From: a virus
Virus record (IMG/VR): IMGVR_UViG_3300022555_000010
Span: 1-64,000 of that record
Length of the DNA: 64,000 bases
Strand: one strand, 5' to 3'
The notes under the pieces are model-generated. The model was not told the origin of the DNA. It made no database searches and worked only from the letters and a program-made list of their open reading frames with translations. Positions 9,279 to 19,831 of the stretch are shown in pieces (the stretch's first letter is position 1; every line of letters starts with the position of its first letter). A program made the position numbers and the translations under genes.

Positions 9279-10070
9279 ATGAGTCACATACACATTCCAA
9301 AGTTGGGTTTGAAGCCGCCGAATCAGAGAAAGTTGATGAAGGCGATTCCGTTCTCTAAAATTATGACTGGTGTTCCACAACATCCTCTGGTCGAAGATCA
9401 TTATTCTTCAGTGAACCAGGCATTCCAATTGTATGAGAATGACAAGTATGGTGATTGCGGGCCTACTGGTGTCGGCAATCAACGTGGTTTGATTACGACT
9501 TATCTGTCAGGAGCAGCCAAGTTCCCGACACAAGCAGATGTCCTCGATCTTTACAGCCGGGCAACCACTCCGTCTTTTAACCCGGTAACAGGGGAGAATG
9601 ACAATGGTGTCGTGCTTCAGGAACTTTGTGAGGAACTCGTTCGGGGTGGAATCGGGGGAGTCAAGGCATTGGCCTTTGCCAGAGTCAATCTCTTCAACCT
9701 GGAGGAAGCTGCGGCGGCTGTGTCGATCTTCGGATCTCTATTGCTTGGTGTGAATCTGGAAGAGGCACAACAGGACCAGACGGCTTCGGGAGTCTGGGAC
9801 TACAAGTGGAACAGTGGTGAATGGGGTGGTCACTGTGTGCTGGGCTGTGGCTATGATGAGACGAACATCAAGAATGCGACCGGGAATATTGTCACCTGGG
9901 CACAAGTGGTCAAGATGACACTGGCGTTCATGAAGCATCAGATGTCGGAAGCGTGGGTTGTGATCTGGCCTGAAAACTTAGGCACGAAACAATTCCAGGA
10001 TGGTATTAATGTGGATGCTTTGAAGAGTGCATTCAAGGCGATCACGGGAAATAATTTGGTTATCCCGTAA
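9279..10070 (+). CDS. papain-like (C1-related) cysteine peptidase
   Basis: NDKYGDC catalytic Cys context, GGHCVLGCGYD, VTW; AAGGAG RBS. Confidence 0.7.
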   Translation: MSHIHIPKLGLKPPNQRKLMKAIPFSKIMTGVPQHPLVEDHYSSVNQAFQLYENDKYGDCGPTGVGNQRGLITTYLSGAAKFPTQADVLDLYSRATTPSFNPVTGENDNGVVLQELCEELVRGGIGGVKALAFARVNLFNLEEAAAAVSIFGSLLLGVNLEEAQQDQTASGVWDYKWNSGEWGGHCVLGCGYDETNIKNATGNIVTWAQVVKMTLAFMKHQMSEAWVVIWPENLGTKQFQDGINVDALKSAFKAITGNNLVIP

Positions 10071-10103
10071 TGGGATGACTGTTGAACACCAAAGGGTGAA
10101 AAT

Positions 10104-10532
10104 ATGAATGATAAAAGAACAAAGAAGTCGGCGAACTATGCTGTGGAAAAACTGATATGTTGCTCGGGGGAAACTCTGGGCAATATGGAATGGACCATGA
10201 ATCTCTGGGGGCAAATCAAGGACGGATTTATCAGTCCGTCCGAGGCTCTGGACTTTGTAAAGGGTGAGAAGATACAGGGAGCTTTTCGGGTTGTTCGGAT
10301 TGCTTCTGAACTCTTTAATGGTGGCCTGATAACTCCGGAGCCGATTTACAGTTTCGTCAAAGCCTCTAATGCGAAGGTTGTCCGTAAACCTCGTAAAACG
10401 AGAGAGCCGAAAACTTTGAAGGTCAATGTTGACCCGGAGTTGACAAATGCCCCGGACGAGACTGAACCTTTCCCGATTGATGAGAATCTGACTCCAGTCC
10501 CGGATGCACTAGGTAAGAGTGATGCCAAGTAA
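10104..10532 (+). CDS. hypothetical protein
   Basis: 142-aa ORF. Confidence 0.6.
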   Translation: MNDKRTKKSANYAVEKLICCSGETLGNMEWTMNLWGQIKDGFISPSEALDFVKGEKIQGAFRVVRIASELFNGGLITPEPIYSFVKASNAKVVRKPRKTREPKTLKVNVDPELTNAPDETEPFPIDENLTPVPDALGKSDAK

Positions 10533-11037
10533 TCTCAAACTTGTGCCGGATCTGGTCCCGAGGACATCGTTCTTTCGGAATCTGAGGTCGTTATTGAAGA
10601 CTGGTGAGTGGGATACCATTCGCCGGTCTGTTTATGCTGACGCCGGTCACAAATGCTCCTGTTGTGGTGAACCCGGTGGTAAGTCATTGCTTCATTGTCA
10701 CGAGGTCTGGGAATATAATGAGAAGGCTTGTATTCAAAAGCTCGTGGGGTTAATCTGTTTATGTGCAAAATGTCACGAAGTGAAGCACATCGGGTTAGCT
10801 CAGATCAAGGGCCGGTATGACCAGGCTCTTTATCACATGATGGCGGTCAACAATGAGAGTAGTGGGGTTTGCGAGAAAGCAATTCAGGAGGCATTTAGGA
10901 CATGGAAGCGAAGAAGCAGTCTGTTATGGAAGCTGGATGTGGCGGAGTTGGAAAGGCTATTACCTTTAGCGAAAGCAAAGGAGCCTCCGTCATTACCGGA
11001 CATAACTGGGCTGGATGGCCAGGAGCCTATTGTCTAA
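10522..11037 (+). CDS. HNH-family nuclease
   Basis: CSCCG...LHCHEVWEY...LCAKCHEVKH. Confidence 0.8.
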   Translation: MPSNLKLVPDLVPRTSFFRNLRSLLKTGEWDTIRRSVYADAGHKCSCCGEPGGKSLLHCHEVWEYNEKACIQKLVGLICLCAKCHEVKHIGLAQIKGRYDQALYHMMAVNNESSGVCEKAIQEAFRTWKRRSSLLWKLDVAELERLLPLAKAKEPPSLPDITGLDGQEPIV

Positions 11038-11271
11038 GATGTTTCTCTGATCAAGTTCTGGAAGTGGCTTTGGCAGAAGGATGGGTGACTCCTGTCGAGA
11101 CTGGGGACCCAATCTGGAAGTCAGAGGATTACAAGGCACTTGTGGATCTCTGCGATGGCTTCTGTTATTCCGATATGACTCCGGAACAGGCGAAGGAACA
11201 CAGGATCAAGATCCGGAAACTCTGCGATAAAGTCAAATTCGTCTAATCTTCTTCTGGACCAGAGTATAATG

Positions 11272-11295
11272 AGCCGTCTATCAAGGCGGCTTTTT
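11272..11295 (+). terminator. possible intrinsic terminator
   Basis: AGCCGTC-TATCAA-GGCGGCT stem (one G-U pair) followed by a T run. Confidence 0.5.
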
Positions 11296-11312
11296 GTGTT
11301 TTAGGAGACAGA

Positions 11313-11627
11313 ATGAGTAAACATATTGGATTTCCGGCAGAACGAAGGGTTTTCACATTAACGGTCAAAAAGGTAACGACTCGGGAGACCGAATTCGGGC
11401 CTATTTATGATCACGACTTCATTACCACGGATGGGGACATCCTCTTCTGGGCGGCGAGTAACGGTGCCATAAGGCTCGTAGAGGGGCAAACCTATACGGT
11501 CAAGGCAACGATCAAGACACATGATACAGACGATTCTGGGGCCAAGAGGACTATCTTATTGAGGGTTGTGGAGCATTATGAGCCGGCCAGGATACCCAGG
11601 GTGTCGGTAGGGCTTCGGAGACACTGA
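11313..11627 (+). CDS. OB-fold-like hypothetical protein
   Basis: Beta-rich pattern ETEFG...DGDILFW...VKATIKTH. Confidence 0.5.
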   Translation: MSKHIGFPAERRVFTLTVKKVTTRETEFGPIYDHDFITTDGDILFWAASNGAIRLVEGQTYTVKATIKTHDTDDSGAKRTILLRVVEHYEPARIPRVSVGLRRH

Positions 11628-11631
11628 TTTC

Positions 11632-11661
11632 TTCCGTATTTTAGCCTGTTTTCGGCAATGT
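11632..11661 (+). promoter_or_regulatory. phage promoter motif (copy 2)
   Basis: TTCCGTAT-N15-GCAATGT; ATG 11668 six nt downstream. Confidence 0.8.
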
Positions 11662-11667
11662 ATAGGT

Positions 11668-12021
11668 ATGAATATGACACCCGAACAGGAAAAACAGTCT
11701 AAAAAACTTCATTATCTTCTCGAAGAGGCCGTCAAGATTAACAAGTGGCGTGAGAAGATGCTCAAATTGTTAATGACTGATGTCTCTCCCAGGATTGCTA
11801 AACTTGATGGGACCGGATATACGGGAAGTGGGTTTCACTACGGTATGGTACAAGAGGTTGGTGGACTGATTCGTGATATGGCAATCAGATTTCAACCGAC
11901 TATGAATCATCTGGATAAGTCCTGGGAGGAAAGATTCACTTGGATGATTCTACAGGTAAAGGCGGAAGGGTTGATTAAGGATGTCAAAAAGGCCGAGAGA
12001 AGTTTGAAACGAAAGGGCTGA
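11668..12021 (+). CDS. hypothetical protein, likely leaderless
   Basis: Starts 6 nt after the motif. Confidence 0.7.
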   Translation: MNMTPEQEKQSKKLHYLLEEAVKINKWREKMLKLLMTDVSPRIAKLDGTGYTGSGFHYGMVQEVGGLIRDMAIRFQPTMNHLDKSWEERFTWMILQVKAEGLIKDVKKAERSLKRKG

Positions 12022-12025
12022 TTTC

Positions 12026-12055
12026 TTCCGTATCCGGGAGTGAATCTGGCAATGT
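12026..12055 (+). promoter_or_regulatory. phage promoter motif (copy 3)
   Basis: TTCCGTAT-N15-GCAATGT; ATG 12062 six nt downstream. Confidence 0.8.
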
Positions 12056-12061
12056 ATAGGT

Positions 12062-12220
12062 ATGCTCATGCGAGAAGCAATTGAAAAAGAACTTGAAGCC
12101 GAATTGGGATGGAGATGGACACCGCAGATGAGACACGGGTTCAAGATGCAGAAATTGTGGGATAAATTGGTCGAAGCAAGAATGGACTTAAGACGCAATG
12201 AACAAGACGAAAGCAAATAA
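12062..12220 (+). CDS. 52-aa hypothetical protein, likely leaderless
   Basis: Hand translation MLMREAIEKELEAELGWRW... Confidence 0.6.
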   Translation: MLMREAIEKELEAELGWRWTPQMRHGFKMQKLWDKLVEARMDLRRNEQDESK

Positions 12221-12455
12221 TATTTACGACATTCTGGTGACGGAGGGTGGAGCCAACCCGTCCAATCGGGATTCATTCGTTCATTACGTGACTGAAGATC
12301 ATGATGCCGAATGGAGATTCTGCGGGAGTTTGGGGTTCGGCGGGAAGTTTTACCACAACTGCGGGAGGATATGGGTGTCCTGTTATTCGGAAGATATGAA
12401 CCCGGAGAGACAGGCAACCATTCACCTGATAACCAGCAAATTGGAGGCTTTATGA
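12198..12455 (+). CDS. hypothetical phage protein
   Basis: EWRFCGSLGFGGKF; coupled ORF. Confidence 0.65.
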   Translation: MNKTKANNIYDILVTEGGANPSNRDSFVHYVTEDHDAEWRFCGSLGFGGKFYHNCGRIWVSCYSEDMNPERQATIHLITSKLEAL

Positions 12456-12874
12456 GCAAGCAATATATTGGTGATGGGGTTTATGTTGACGTTGAGAATG
12501 GGATGATCAAGTTGACGACCGAGAATGGGATAGAGGAGAACAACACGATCTATCTGGAACCAGAGGTATTGGCGAGTTTTCTCAACTATGTTGAGACACT
12601 GAGGGTCGGAGTTGTGACCGTGAATGTAAAGCCTCAGAATGTGATCACAACTCATGATGGGTTGTTGTTCCGGGACGGGGATCAATTGGATACAATGGAG
12701 GCGGACAAGGCGGCTCGTGAGAATGGGTTTGTCTACGCCGAGCAACTGGTGGCATTTCTGGCAAGCAAGCATGAGCCTGTGGTAACTCCACAGCATGACA
12801 CGTTTCAGCGTCCACCGGAGTCAGCCTGTGTGCCTTTCGAGACATTGATCAAGAAGGATAAAGATGGATTATGA
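12452..12874 (+). CDS. hypothetical phage protein
   Basis: GGAGG RBS; YIGDGVYV. Confidence 0.65.
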   Translation: MSKQYIGDGVYVDVENGMIKLTTENGIEENNTIYLEPEVLASFLNYVETLRVGVVTVNVKPQNVITTHDGLLFRDGDQLDTMEADKAARENGFVYAEQLVAFLASKHEPVVTPQHDTFQRPPESACVPFETLIKKDKDGL

Positions 12875-13172
12875 AAATCTATGTGGTAATAATTGAAGAG
12901 TGTTGTTCTTACGAGAGCAAGCCGAAGCCGATTGGTGTCTTTCTGGATAAGACGAAGGCAGACGAATTGGTTGCGAAGAAGAATACTGGGGATGATTGGG
13001 GGAAAGACTCTTGTTGGATCGAAGAGATGGACGAGGGAGTTGAGGTTGCTGAAATCCCGATGATGCAATCTGCGATTACTTATGTTCCCCAAAAGCGGAA
13101 GCGTGTAAACATTTCGGTGATGAAGAAGTCCGAAGTGACAGACTTTATGCGTGGAGAGAACCACGGACAGGA

Positions 13173-13649
13173 GTGATTATGAAGACAGGTGATCGTTGTG
13201 TTTTTACGAAGAGTGGCAGTGAGGTCGAATTGATGGGCGTGTCGATTTGCCAGAAAGTCTGGATTGTGAAGCGGATTGACAACGGGAAAGAAACGATTGC
13301 GAGTGAAGAGGCCTTGGTCCCGATCATTAAGGTTAAGGCCAAAGTCGAAACAGTGAAAAGGCTAAAAGCTGGAGAACTATGCCTTTTTGGTAGTCGGGAA
13401 GTTCGGCTGCTTTATGTGGGGACTCCGGATCACGGCGAACCAACCTGGGCAGCATGTCTTGTAGAGAGTGGGGATGTGATTCTGGTTCATGAGGTTTCCC
13501 TTAGACCGATAAGTCCAGGGACGAAGGTCACGCTGGAAGGGCCTCAGTCAGCCATTCAGAAGTTGATTGAAGGTTGGGAACGGAAAGACCCGAAACTGTT
13601 GGAGATGCTGAAGGAATTCGGGGTAACAGATATAAGGTTGCATCAATGA
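13173..13649 (+). CDS. hypothetical protein with two SH3/KOW-like repeats
   Basis: KTGDRCVF...EEALVPI and KAGELCLF...EVSLRPI. Confidence 0.55.
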   Translation: MIMKTGDRCVFTKSGSEVELMGVSICQKVWIVKRIDNGKETIASEEALVPIIKVKAKVETVKRLKAGELCLFGSREVRLLYVGTPDHGEPTWAACLVESGDVILVHEVSLRPISPGTKVTLEGPQSAIQKLIEGWERKDPKLLEMLKEFGVTDIRLHQ

Positions 13650-13827
13650 AGATGAGGAAGAGAGTGGAGATCCTGCTTGAGTCGGCTCAGGTGGCTTATG
13701 ATAGGAACAAGAATTTGCCAAACGGAGAATTTGTGAATGGTAAAAGTGGTAAGAAATTGTTTCTGGCACAATGGGTTGCAAGGATTTCGACGCTTCAGCA
13801 TTTGTTGAACGATGAAAGTTGGGAAAA

Positions 13828-14058
13828 ATGAACGCGATTTTGATGAAGGCTATTAAGAACGAGGTCGTGACAGACGGAGATATCGCCTTGGAACTACAGG
13901 ACCTGTGTGAGATTGAACGGACTGAGTGTACGGAATGTCCAGTCTACAAGGTGCAGGGGTCTCCTACGATCTGGAATAGTGGGGAATGTCCATTGAGGGA
14001 GAATGGTTCGGCGATGTTGGGATTTCTAAGGGACAAACACGAAGAGGGAATGTTATGA
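13828..14058 (+). CDS. Cys-rich protein, tandem paralog A
   Basis: DIALELQDLC..C.ECPVY..ENGSAMLGFLR. Confidence 0.65.
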   Translation: MNAILMKAIKNEVVTDGDIALELQDLCEIERTECTECPVYKVQGSPTIWNSGECPLRENGSAMLGFLRDKHEEGML

Positions 14059-14327
14059 ATGATATTGTGATGAAGATAATCAAGGGTGAGAAGGTACCAG
14101 ACCAGGACCTTGCAGATGAACTGTATGAGGTCTGTTGTAGTGTGCATTCGTCTTGTGGCAATGACTGTCCTGTGTTCAAGTCTAACTGTGGTTCTATTCC
14201 GTATGAGTATCACATTGTAAAGCATGGTCGTCGGAAGGGGCAGATGGACGGGGAGTGTTCTTGTTTCAAGAACGGAAGTGAAATGTTGAAATTCCTCAGA
14301 CAGAGGAAGGAAGTGGGGATGTTATGA
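14055..14327 (+). CDS. Cys-rich protein, tandem paralog B
   Basis: DLADELYEVC..C..DCPVF..KNGSEMLKFLR. Confidence 0.65.
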   Translation: MNDIVMKIIKGEKVPDQDLADELYEVCCSVHSSCGNDCPVFKSNCGSIPYEYHIVKHGRRKGQMDGECSCFKNGSEMLKFLRQRKEVGML

Positions 14328-15215
14328 AAAACTTGCGTGAGCAGTTGATTAAGGCGGGGGTGAAGAACCTCCAGGAGTTCGGGTATCCGTATTGTAATGA
14401 GGCAAACATCTTGACGGATATGATTTTCAAGAAGTTCTTCCTGTCGATGTTGAAGGAAAACAAGGGGATTCGCCCTGACATTGATAAGGAGATCGCGATC
14501 CTGGAGAAGGAGATCGGATGAGATCCCCGACACTGAAGGAGCAATACGAGGCTCAGATTGAGACACATTACAAGCGTGAGAGGGCGATGAAGGCCAAGAT
14601 GGGAAAGCTCGAAGCCAGGGTTCAGATTCTTGAAACCCAGATCGGGATACTTGTGAAGAAGATGGCAACACACTCACATATGACGGGGAACGAATGAAAA
14701 AGTTGGCAAAGAAGACATTTATTGGCCGGGTGGTGATCAGGTCGAAGTCGGAGAAGGTGCCAGACTTTGGACTGGGTAAGGGAGTTCTCTTGGAACAGGA
14801 GATTACCTTCAAGGATGGTCAAAGCTATGGGTTCAAGTCTCCTTTATTCGCGTGTTCATTGATTGGACAGGAGAGACGGCTGATCAATGAGGTTGTCGAA
14901 GTCAAATGGGAAGAAAAGAAGGTCAAGAAGGTCCGGAAGAAATGAAACTTGATGGAAAGACGACAGAGGAGTTGATGGCGATGGCCAAGGTTATCTGGGA
15001 TGCCCCGGAGAACCGGAATCCTCACGGAAGCCTCGCTATTTACACGAAGAAGGCTGAAAAGAAGTTGGATGAGATCGCCAGGGCGGTCACAAGGAATATG
15101 GCTGCGAAACGGGCGAAAGAGGGTAATCCCGTGCCTACAGATGGATACTCGGGGATGAAAAAGAATCGAAGATGACAATCAAAAATCTTGATTTGGGCTG
15201 TCATGTAACTATTTC

Positions 15216-15245
15216 TTCCGTATTGTAACTGTTTTTCCGCAATGT
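15216..15245 (+). promoter_or_regulatory. phage promoter motif (copy 4)
   Basis: TTCCGTAT-N15-GCAATGT; ATG 15252 six nt downstream. Confidence 0.8.
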
Positions 15246-15251
15246 CTGGGT

Positions 15252-15545
15252 ATGACAAGGAATGAATGGGCTAAATTAAGTCTGGTTGAACAAGAAACCA
15301 TCATCGAAAAGTATGTCGATGAACATAAAGGTGATCTTGAGGACCGCTATGAGGTTTTTCATCAGGAATATGGGGATGCGGCCGCTTTTTGCTATGACTG
15401 GATTCGTTATCGGGCGAGGGACATTATTGAAGAGGCTCTCGAATGGGATGACACTTCAATCAAGTTCACTGAAGAGGAATATGAAAAGATTGCCGACATG
15501 AATGCGGAAGAATTAGATAAATTTATGAAGGGTAAAGGATTATGA
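15252..15545 (+). CDS. acidic hypothetical protein, likely leaderless
   Basis: Very D/E-rich, 97 aa. Confidence 0.65.
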   Translation: MTRNEWAKLSLVEQETIIEKYVDEHKGDLEDRYEVFHQEYGDAAAFCYDWIRYRARDIIEEALEWDDTSIKFTEEEYEKIADMNAEELDKFMKGKGL

Positions 15546-15911
15546 GTCAGTCTAAGGGAGCAATTGCCGATATGATCTCCAAGGAGATTCAGAAAGGTGT
15601 CGAGCCTGAACTGAAGAGTCTTAAGGAAAAGGTTAAGAAGTTGGAACATCGGATTCGTGAGATGGAGAATAATCCGGCACGGGTCGTTGTGTATTCTGGA
15701 GAAGGTAGAAATCAATGAAGTATCAGATGCGAATTTACGACCACATTTGGGAAATCAATCGAGTTTCGACTGAGCCGAATCGTGTGGTCTGTGAGGGTAA
15801 AATGCCGAATGATCCCAAGTCTTGTTTTGCAATGTTCTCTGATATGCATGTTGCGTTAGAAAAGACGGATGATAAAGAGGTTCGGGAAGTGATGAAAGCC
15901 TGGATAACACA

Positions 15912-16397
15912 ATGAAGCCACATATTCGGGTTGGAATTATCGGAGACGGGAGCCACAATCTTACAAGATCGGCTTTGACTGCTGCTCTTGCTCAAAGGGG
16001 ACTGGTTGATACGGAAGGCATCAATATTGTGGATCTTCCAGAAGTCACAACAAAAGAGGCAGAGAGGATGTTGACGGCGATGGATGATGCCAAGGACTTT
16101 GACAAGCATGTGATCATTGTGGATTCATTGTCGTGTGCTGAAGCGGAGATGGAGAAGCGTCGTCGTGACCGCGAGAGAGGGCTTCTGGATACGAAGGTGG
16201 CTATAGCCGGGCTGATGGCGATGAATTCTATGATGTTTTATCCACCGGGACATCATCTGGGAATATCTTCATTGTTTCCCAGGAGAGCTGAGCCAAAGAT
16301 GGTCAAATGTGATTTGCCTCGGTGTGATGTGTTACACTCGCACAATGGAGGATACTGTTGTCCGGAACACTGTAAAGAACATCGGGGGAAGAAATGA
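15912..16397 (+). CDS. hypothetical protein with C-terminal Cys/His cluster
   Basis: CDLPRC...YCCPEHC. Confidence 0.6.
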   Translation: MKPHIRVGIIGDGSHNLTRSALTAALAQRGLVDTEGINIVDLPEVTTKEAERMLTAMDDAKDFDKHVIIVDSLSCAEAEMEKRRRDRERGLLDTKVAIAGLMAMNSMMFYPPGHHLGISSLFPRRAEPKMVKCDLPRCDVLHSHNGGYCCPEHCKEHRGKK

Positions 16398-17508
16398 TCA
16401 ACAAGTCAAAGGTTTGGGTGGATATGGAAGCGATGAGTCCGGGCCAGATGAAGAGGATGGCTGATGCCTTGAAGACAGTCAAGGTGGATGATAAGTTTCA
16501 GACCGAGGATGGGAAGAAACATACGCTTGGGGGACTGGTTTCAAAGGCAAGGAAAGCCGGTCAGGACCTGATTGTGATTGATACGATTCACGAATATGCA
16601 CCGGTGAAGAGGAAGATGACAGGGAAATGAGTTGGTATCCGACAGACCTAGTGTTATGCCCCAAGTGTCGATCAAGATTTTCGACACCGATAGATATGTT
16701 GGAACATAAGAAGTGTTGCAAGATCCCTGGGGATGGACAGGGAGGCATTGTCGCCAAATTGGGAGCACTTGGGAGTGAATCTGTCAGGGTGACTCGTGGC
16801 AGAGTAGAATTGGAGAAGACGATTTCTTTTACGATGATGACTGGGGAGAAGTGTCGAGGACGGATTTGGATGATAAATGAGGCGGCAGTATTTATTGAAA
16901 TTGATGTGAGATATTTATGATTTTCAAAATTGAACATACGAAGTCGAATATTAATGGGAAAACATGGACAACAGGACCGGATGAGTTTGTCGAAGCGAAG
17001 TCTATCCAGGAGGTCTGGGAGAAGACGGGAAGTCTCACGGTTCATGCCTATTCGATTAAGGGAGCATTCATTCCCCAAACTAGAACCTTTTCAGGAGGGG
17101 CTAATGAGAAATTTGAAGGGAATTCGGATTTTGACTGGAACAGGGACAAAGCCAAGGCTACGGCTTTCCAGGCAGGGGGATTTGAAGGGATAACGGTTGA
17201 TTTTATAGATGTGAGAAAACTATGAGCAAGTTAATCTTTGCCTTCGAAGATATAGTAGACGGGAGAATTGCGGTCTGCATTATGTCATTAGAGGCATGGA
17301 AAGAAACAGGCATGCTCACAGACGGATTTAATGAGAGTGAGCAGGTAATTGCAAATAGGGCAATAACCGGGTTAAATCTTCAGGAGATAACAGAATCGTC
17401 TTTTGATGTTGCTACAAGCAAGTCGAAAGATGAAATAAGTCGTGAGTTGTTATCATTTGGAATTGAGTTTAATCAGGGATTACAAGATTGGATCAATAAG
17501 GGGAAATT

Positions 17509-18144
17509 ATGAAACTAGAAGATCGCAAGTTGTTGACGGCCGTGGATATGGCTGACTTGATAATGATGAACGTTGTGAAGATTCTACAGGACAGGGGAGA
17601 TGATCGATGGCGTTCGATGTCCCGACTTCATTCGGAGTTCTGTGCTCCACTTCAGGCAGAGTTGGCATCTGAAGGTGAGACTTTATCTGTGGTGCCGAAG
17701 GTTGAAGACCCGCAGATCGATGAACTAAGGAGGAAGTTGGAAGATACTCGGGGAGAACTGAATGATTTGAGGAGTGATCATTCCCGGTTCCTGAAACGGA
17801 TCAAGAAACTACTGGGATATGAGAATTGGCCAGAGATCAAGGGAGACTTCTTGACCGGGGTTTATTTCTTACTTGTGAAGGCCGTCATTCCTGCCGAGAA
17901 AGAGCCTGAGAAGGTTGAGGAACCCATTCCGGATGTGGATTTCTCGAAGCTCCCGTATGGGGATCAGCATACTCCTGGGACAGTTCTCTGGTATATGGTT
18001 CATAAGACGCATTGTTGTCTGGAACATGGATGCAAATATGGGGATAAGGATTGTCCTGTGGCTAATCGCAAGATTAAACAGTCCGGGGCTTGTGAGACGT
18101 GTGGATTGATATCTGAAGGCTATTTCGATCAGGTTCAGCCATAA
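17509..18144 (+). CDS. hypothetical protein with coiled coil and Cys-rich C-terminus
   Basis: HCCLEHGCKYGDKDCPV. Confidence 0.65.
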   Translation: MKLEDRKLLTAVDMADLIMMNVVKILQDRGDDRWRSMSRLHSEFCAPLQAELASEGETLSVVPKVEDPQIDELRRKLEDTRGELNDLRSDHSRFLKRIKKLLGYENWPEIKGDFLTGVYFLLVKAVIPAEKEPEKVEEPIPDVDFSKLPYGDQHTPGTVLWYMVHKTHCCLEHGCKYGDKDCPVANRKIKQSGACETCGLISEGYFDQVQP

Positions 18145-18145
18145 T

Positions 18146-18802
18146 ATGGTTACAAGAACCTGTATCTGTTGTGGTTGTGATATGGAGATATACCGTTCTG
18201 GATTTCACTGGAACGCGTGGTGCCGTAAGTGTGAGTCTCGTTATATATACAGTTGCAGTCCATCTGACGCTGATGGTCGTGGGGGCGTGTTGGCGGCTTA
18301 TTCGAAGAATGTTGGTTCTTACATTGATGTGCCACTTGGAACCATATTGATCTTGAATGATAGACCAGAGAATAAGGAGGTTTTTATGAATATGAACCCT
18401 ATTTGCCCATATTGTCAGAAAGAATCTGAGTTGGTGACGGGGAAAGAGATATACCTGCATCGTACAGATCTTCACTCAAAGGCTTTCTACAGGTGTAAAG
18501 ACTGTGATGCCTATGTGGGATGTCATCCGGGGACGACAAAGCCCCTGGGCCGGCTGGCAGATGCTGAATTGAGGAAGGCGAAACTTAATGCACACGCGGC
18601 TTTTGACCCTATGTGGCAGGGTGGGAAGATGGCTCGTAAGTTGGCATATGCCTGGTTAGCCAGAGCCTTAAAGATCCCGGTGGACAAGTGTCATATCGGG
18701 GAGTTCGACGTGGAGATGTGCGAGAGGGTGAAATTTGTGTGTGTGATGAAGCAAACGACTGAGCAGTATTGCGAATCGAATACTGGTTGGCATACTTGGT
18801 AG
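18146..18802 (+). CDS. array-tag-bearing Cys-rich unit in frame with a DUF3268-like zinc finger
   Basis: VPLGTILILND tag, then CPYC...YVGCHPGT.KPLGRLAD...AHAAFDP...CHIGEFD; internal AAGGAGG before ATG 18386. Confidence 0.7.
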   Translation: MVTRTCICCGCDMEIYRSGFHWNAWCRKCESRYIYSCSPSDADGRGGVLAAYSKNVGSYIDVPLGTILILNDRPENKEVFMNMNPICPYCQKESELVTGKEIYLHRTDLHSKAFYRCKDCDAYVGCHPGTTKPLGRLADAELRKAKLNAHAAFDPMWQGGKMARKLAYAWLARALKIPVDKCHIGEFDVEMCERVKFVCVMKQTTEQYCESNTGWHTW

Positions 18803-18812
18803 GAGAAAGAAT

Positions 18813-19289
18813 ATGGTTCAGATTATTAATAACAAAGATGGAACAACGACACATCGGAATGACTTTCCGGTGGAGAAGCAGAAGATTGTGAACACGCCTT
18901 TCCCGAATAAGGCCGGGGATCACGCAGATACTGATGATATCTTGAAGCAGGAATTGACGGATGCCGGCATCAAGTTTGAGTTCCTGGACATACTTCGGAA
19001 ACATAGCGGAGAGGTCAAGACTGGGGTAATCGGGGGAATCTTCGGGTGGACATTCAAACGGGCCTGGACTTATTGGTCATGTGAAGGGCCTGGAATCCCC
19101 GTAGAGGCGGCTGAGAAGTTGCATAAGGTCTACGGGAAGGTAGTCCGGGTTGATGGCGACTGTGGGTGTCCCAGCCCTCGGGAACGGTTTCATGGCCTGG
19201 GGTGTGGAAGCTATCATGTTGACACGAAGGAAGGCTTGAAGGCTTTGGTGGAAACACTAAGGAATATCGTGACTTTGGATGGGATTTGA
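18813..19289 (+). CDS. hypothetical phage protein
   Basis: WTFKRAWTYW...VRVDGDCGCPSP...YHVDT. Confidence 0.65.
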   Translation: MVQIINNKDGTTTHRNDFPVEKQKIVNTPFPNKAGDHADTDDILKQELTDAGIKFEFLDILRKHSGEVKTGVIGGIFGWTFKRAWTYWSCEGPGIPVEAAEKLHKVYGKVVRVDGDCGCPSPRERFHGLGCGSYHVDTKEGLKALVETLRNIVTLDGI

Positions 19290-19295
19290 AGAATC

Positions 19296-19325
19296 TTCCG
19301 TATTCAGACACGAATCAGGCAATGT
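19296..19325 (+). promoter_or_regulatory. phage promoter motif (copy 5)
   Basis: TTCCGTAT-N15-GCAATGT, then AAGGAG RBS and ATG 19346. Confidence 0.8.
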
Positions 19326-19345
19326 GAGGATAAGGAGAGCAAACA

Positions 19346-19831
19346 ATGATTGAATATATGTTGGCGAATGTGATTTGTGATGAGTTTAACAGGTCTGTGG
19401 ATAAGACTCAGCATCTGACGGGAAAGACCATGCACATCGGATTTGGGATTCGGCCGAGTAAATCGACGGATCAGTATCATGTGATTCATATGTATATCTA
19501 TGCCCCAATGAACTATGTCTATGTGGCGACTCAATCGGAACGGATTACGGCAGGTGGTAAGCGGGTAGTAGAGCCGATGAAGATCCTCTGTTATCACGAC
19601 TCCTGTTGGAGAGACGCTATTCAACGGTTCATCTTTAACAACCGGGCAGACTTGTGTGTGTTCAACTCGATGAAGTTGGGACATTGGTGTGACGTGGTGA
19701 CACTCACTGAGGACGAGAAGACATATCTGAACAATGCGGAGGAATGGCGTAGTGACAATTACAAGGATGAGGGGCCTTGTCCTCTACCGAATCCGTTCGA
19801 CAATCGTGGAATATGGGCGGGGAAGTGTTAA
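19346..19831 (+). CDS. hypothetical protein
   Basis: RBS and promoter upstream. Confidence 0.7.
   Translation: MIEYMLANVICDEFNRSVDKTQHLTGKTMHIGFGIRPSKSTDQYHVIHMYIYAPMNYVYVATQSERITAGGKRVVEPMKILCYHDSCWRDAIQRFIFNNRADLCVFNSMKLGHWCDVVTLTEDEKTYLNNAEEWRSDNYKDEGPCPLPNPFDNRGIWAGKC

Noticed and set aside
15912-16630. Split P-loop NTPase (VIIVDS, LIVIDT)
   Set aside because: No Walker A motif; the resemblance is too short.
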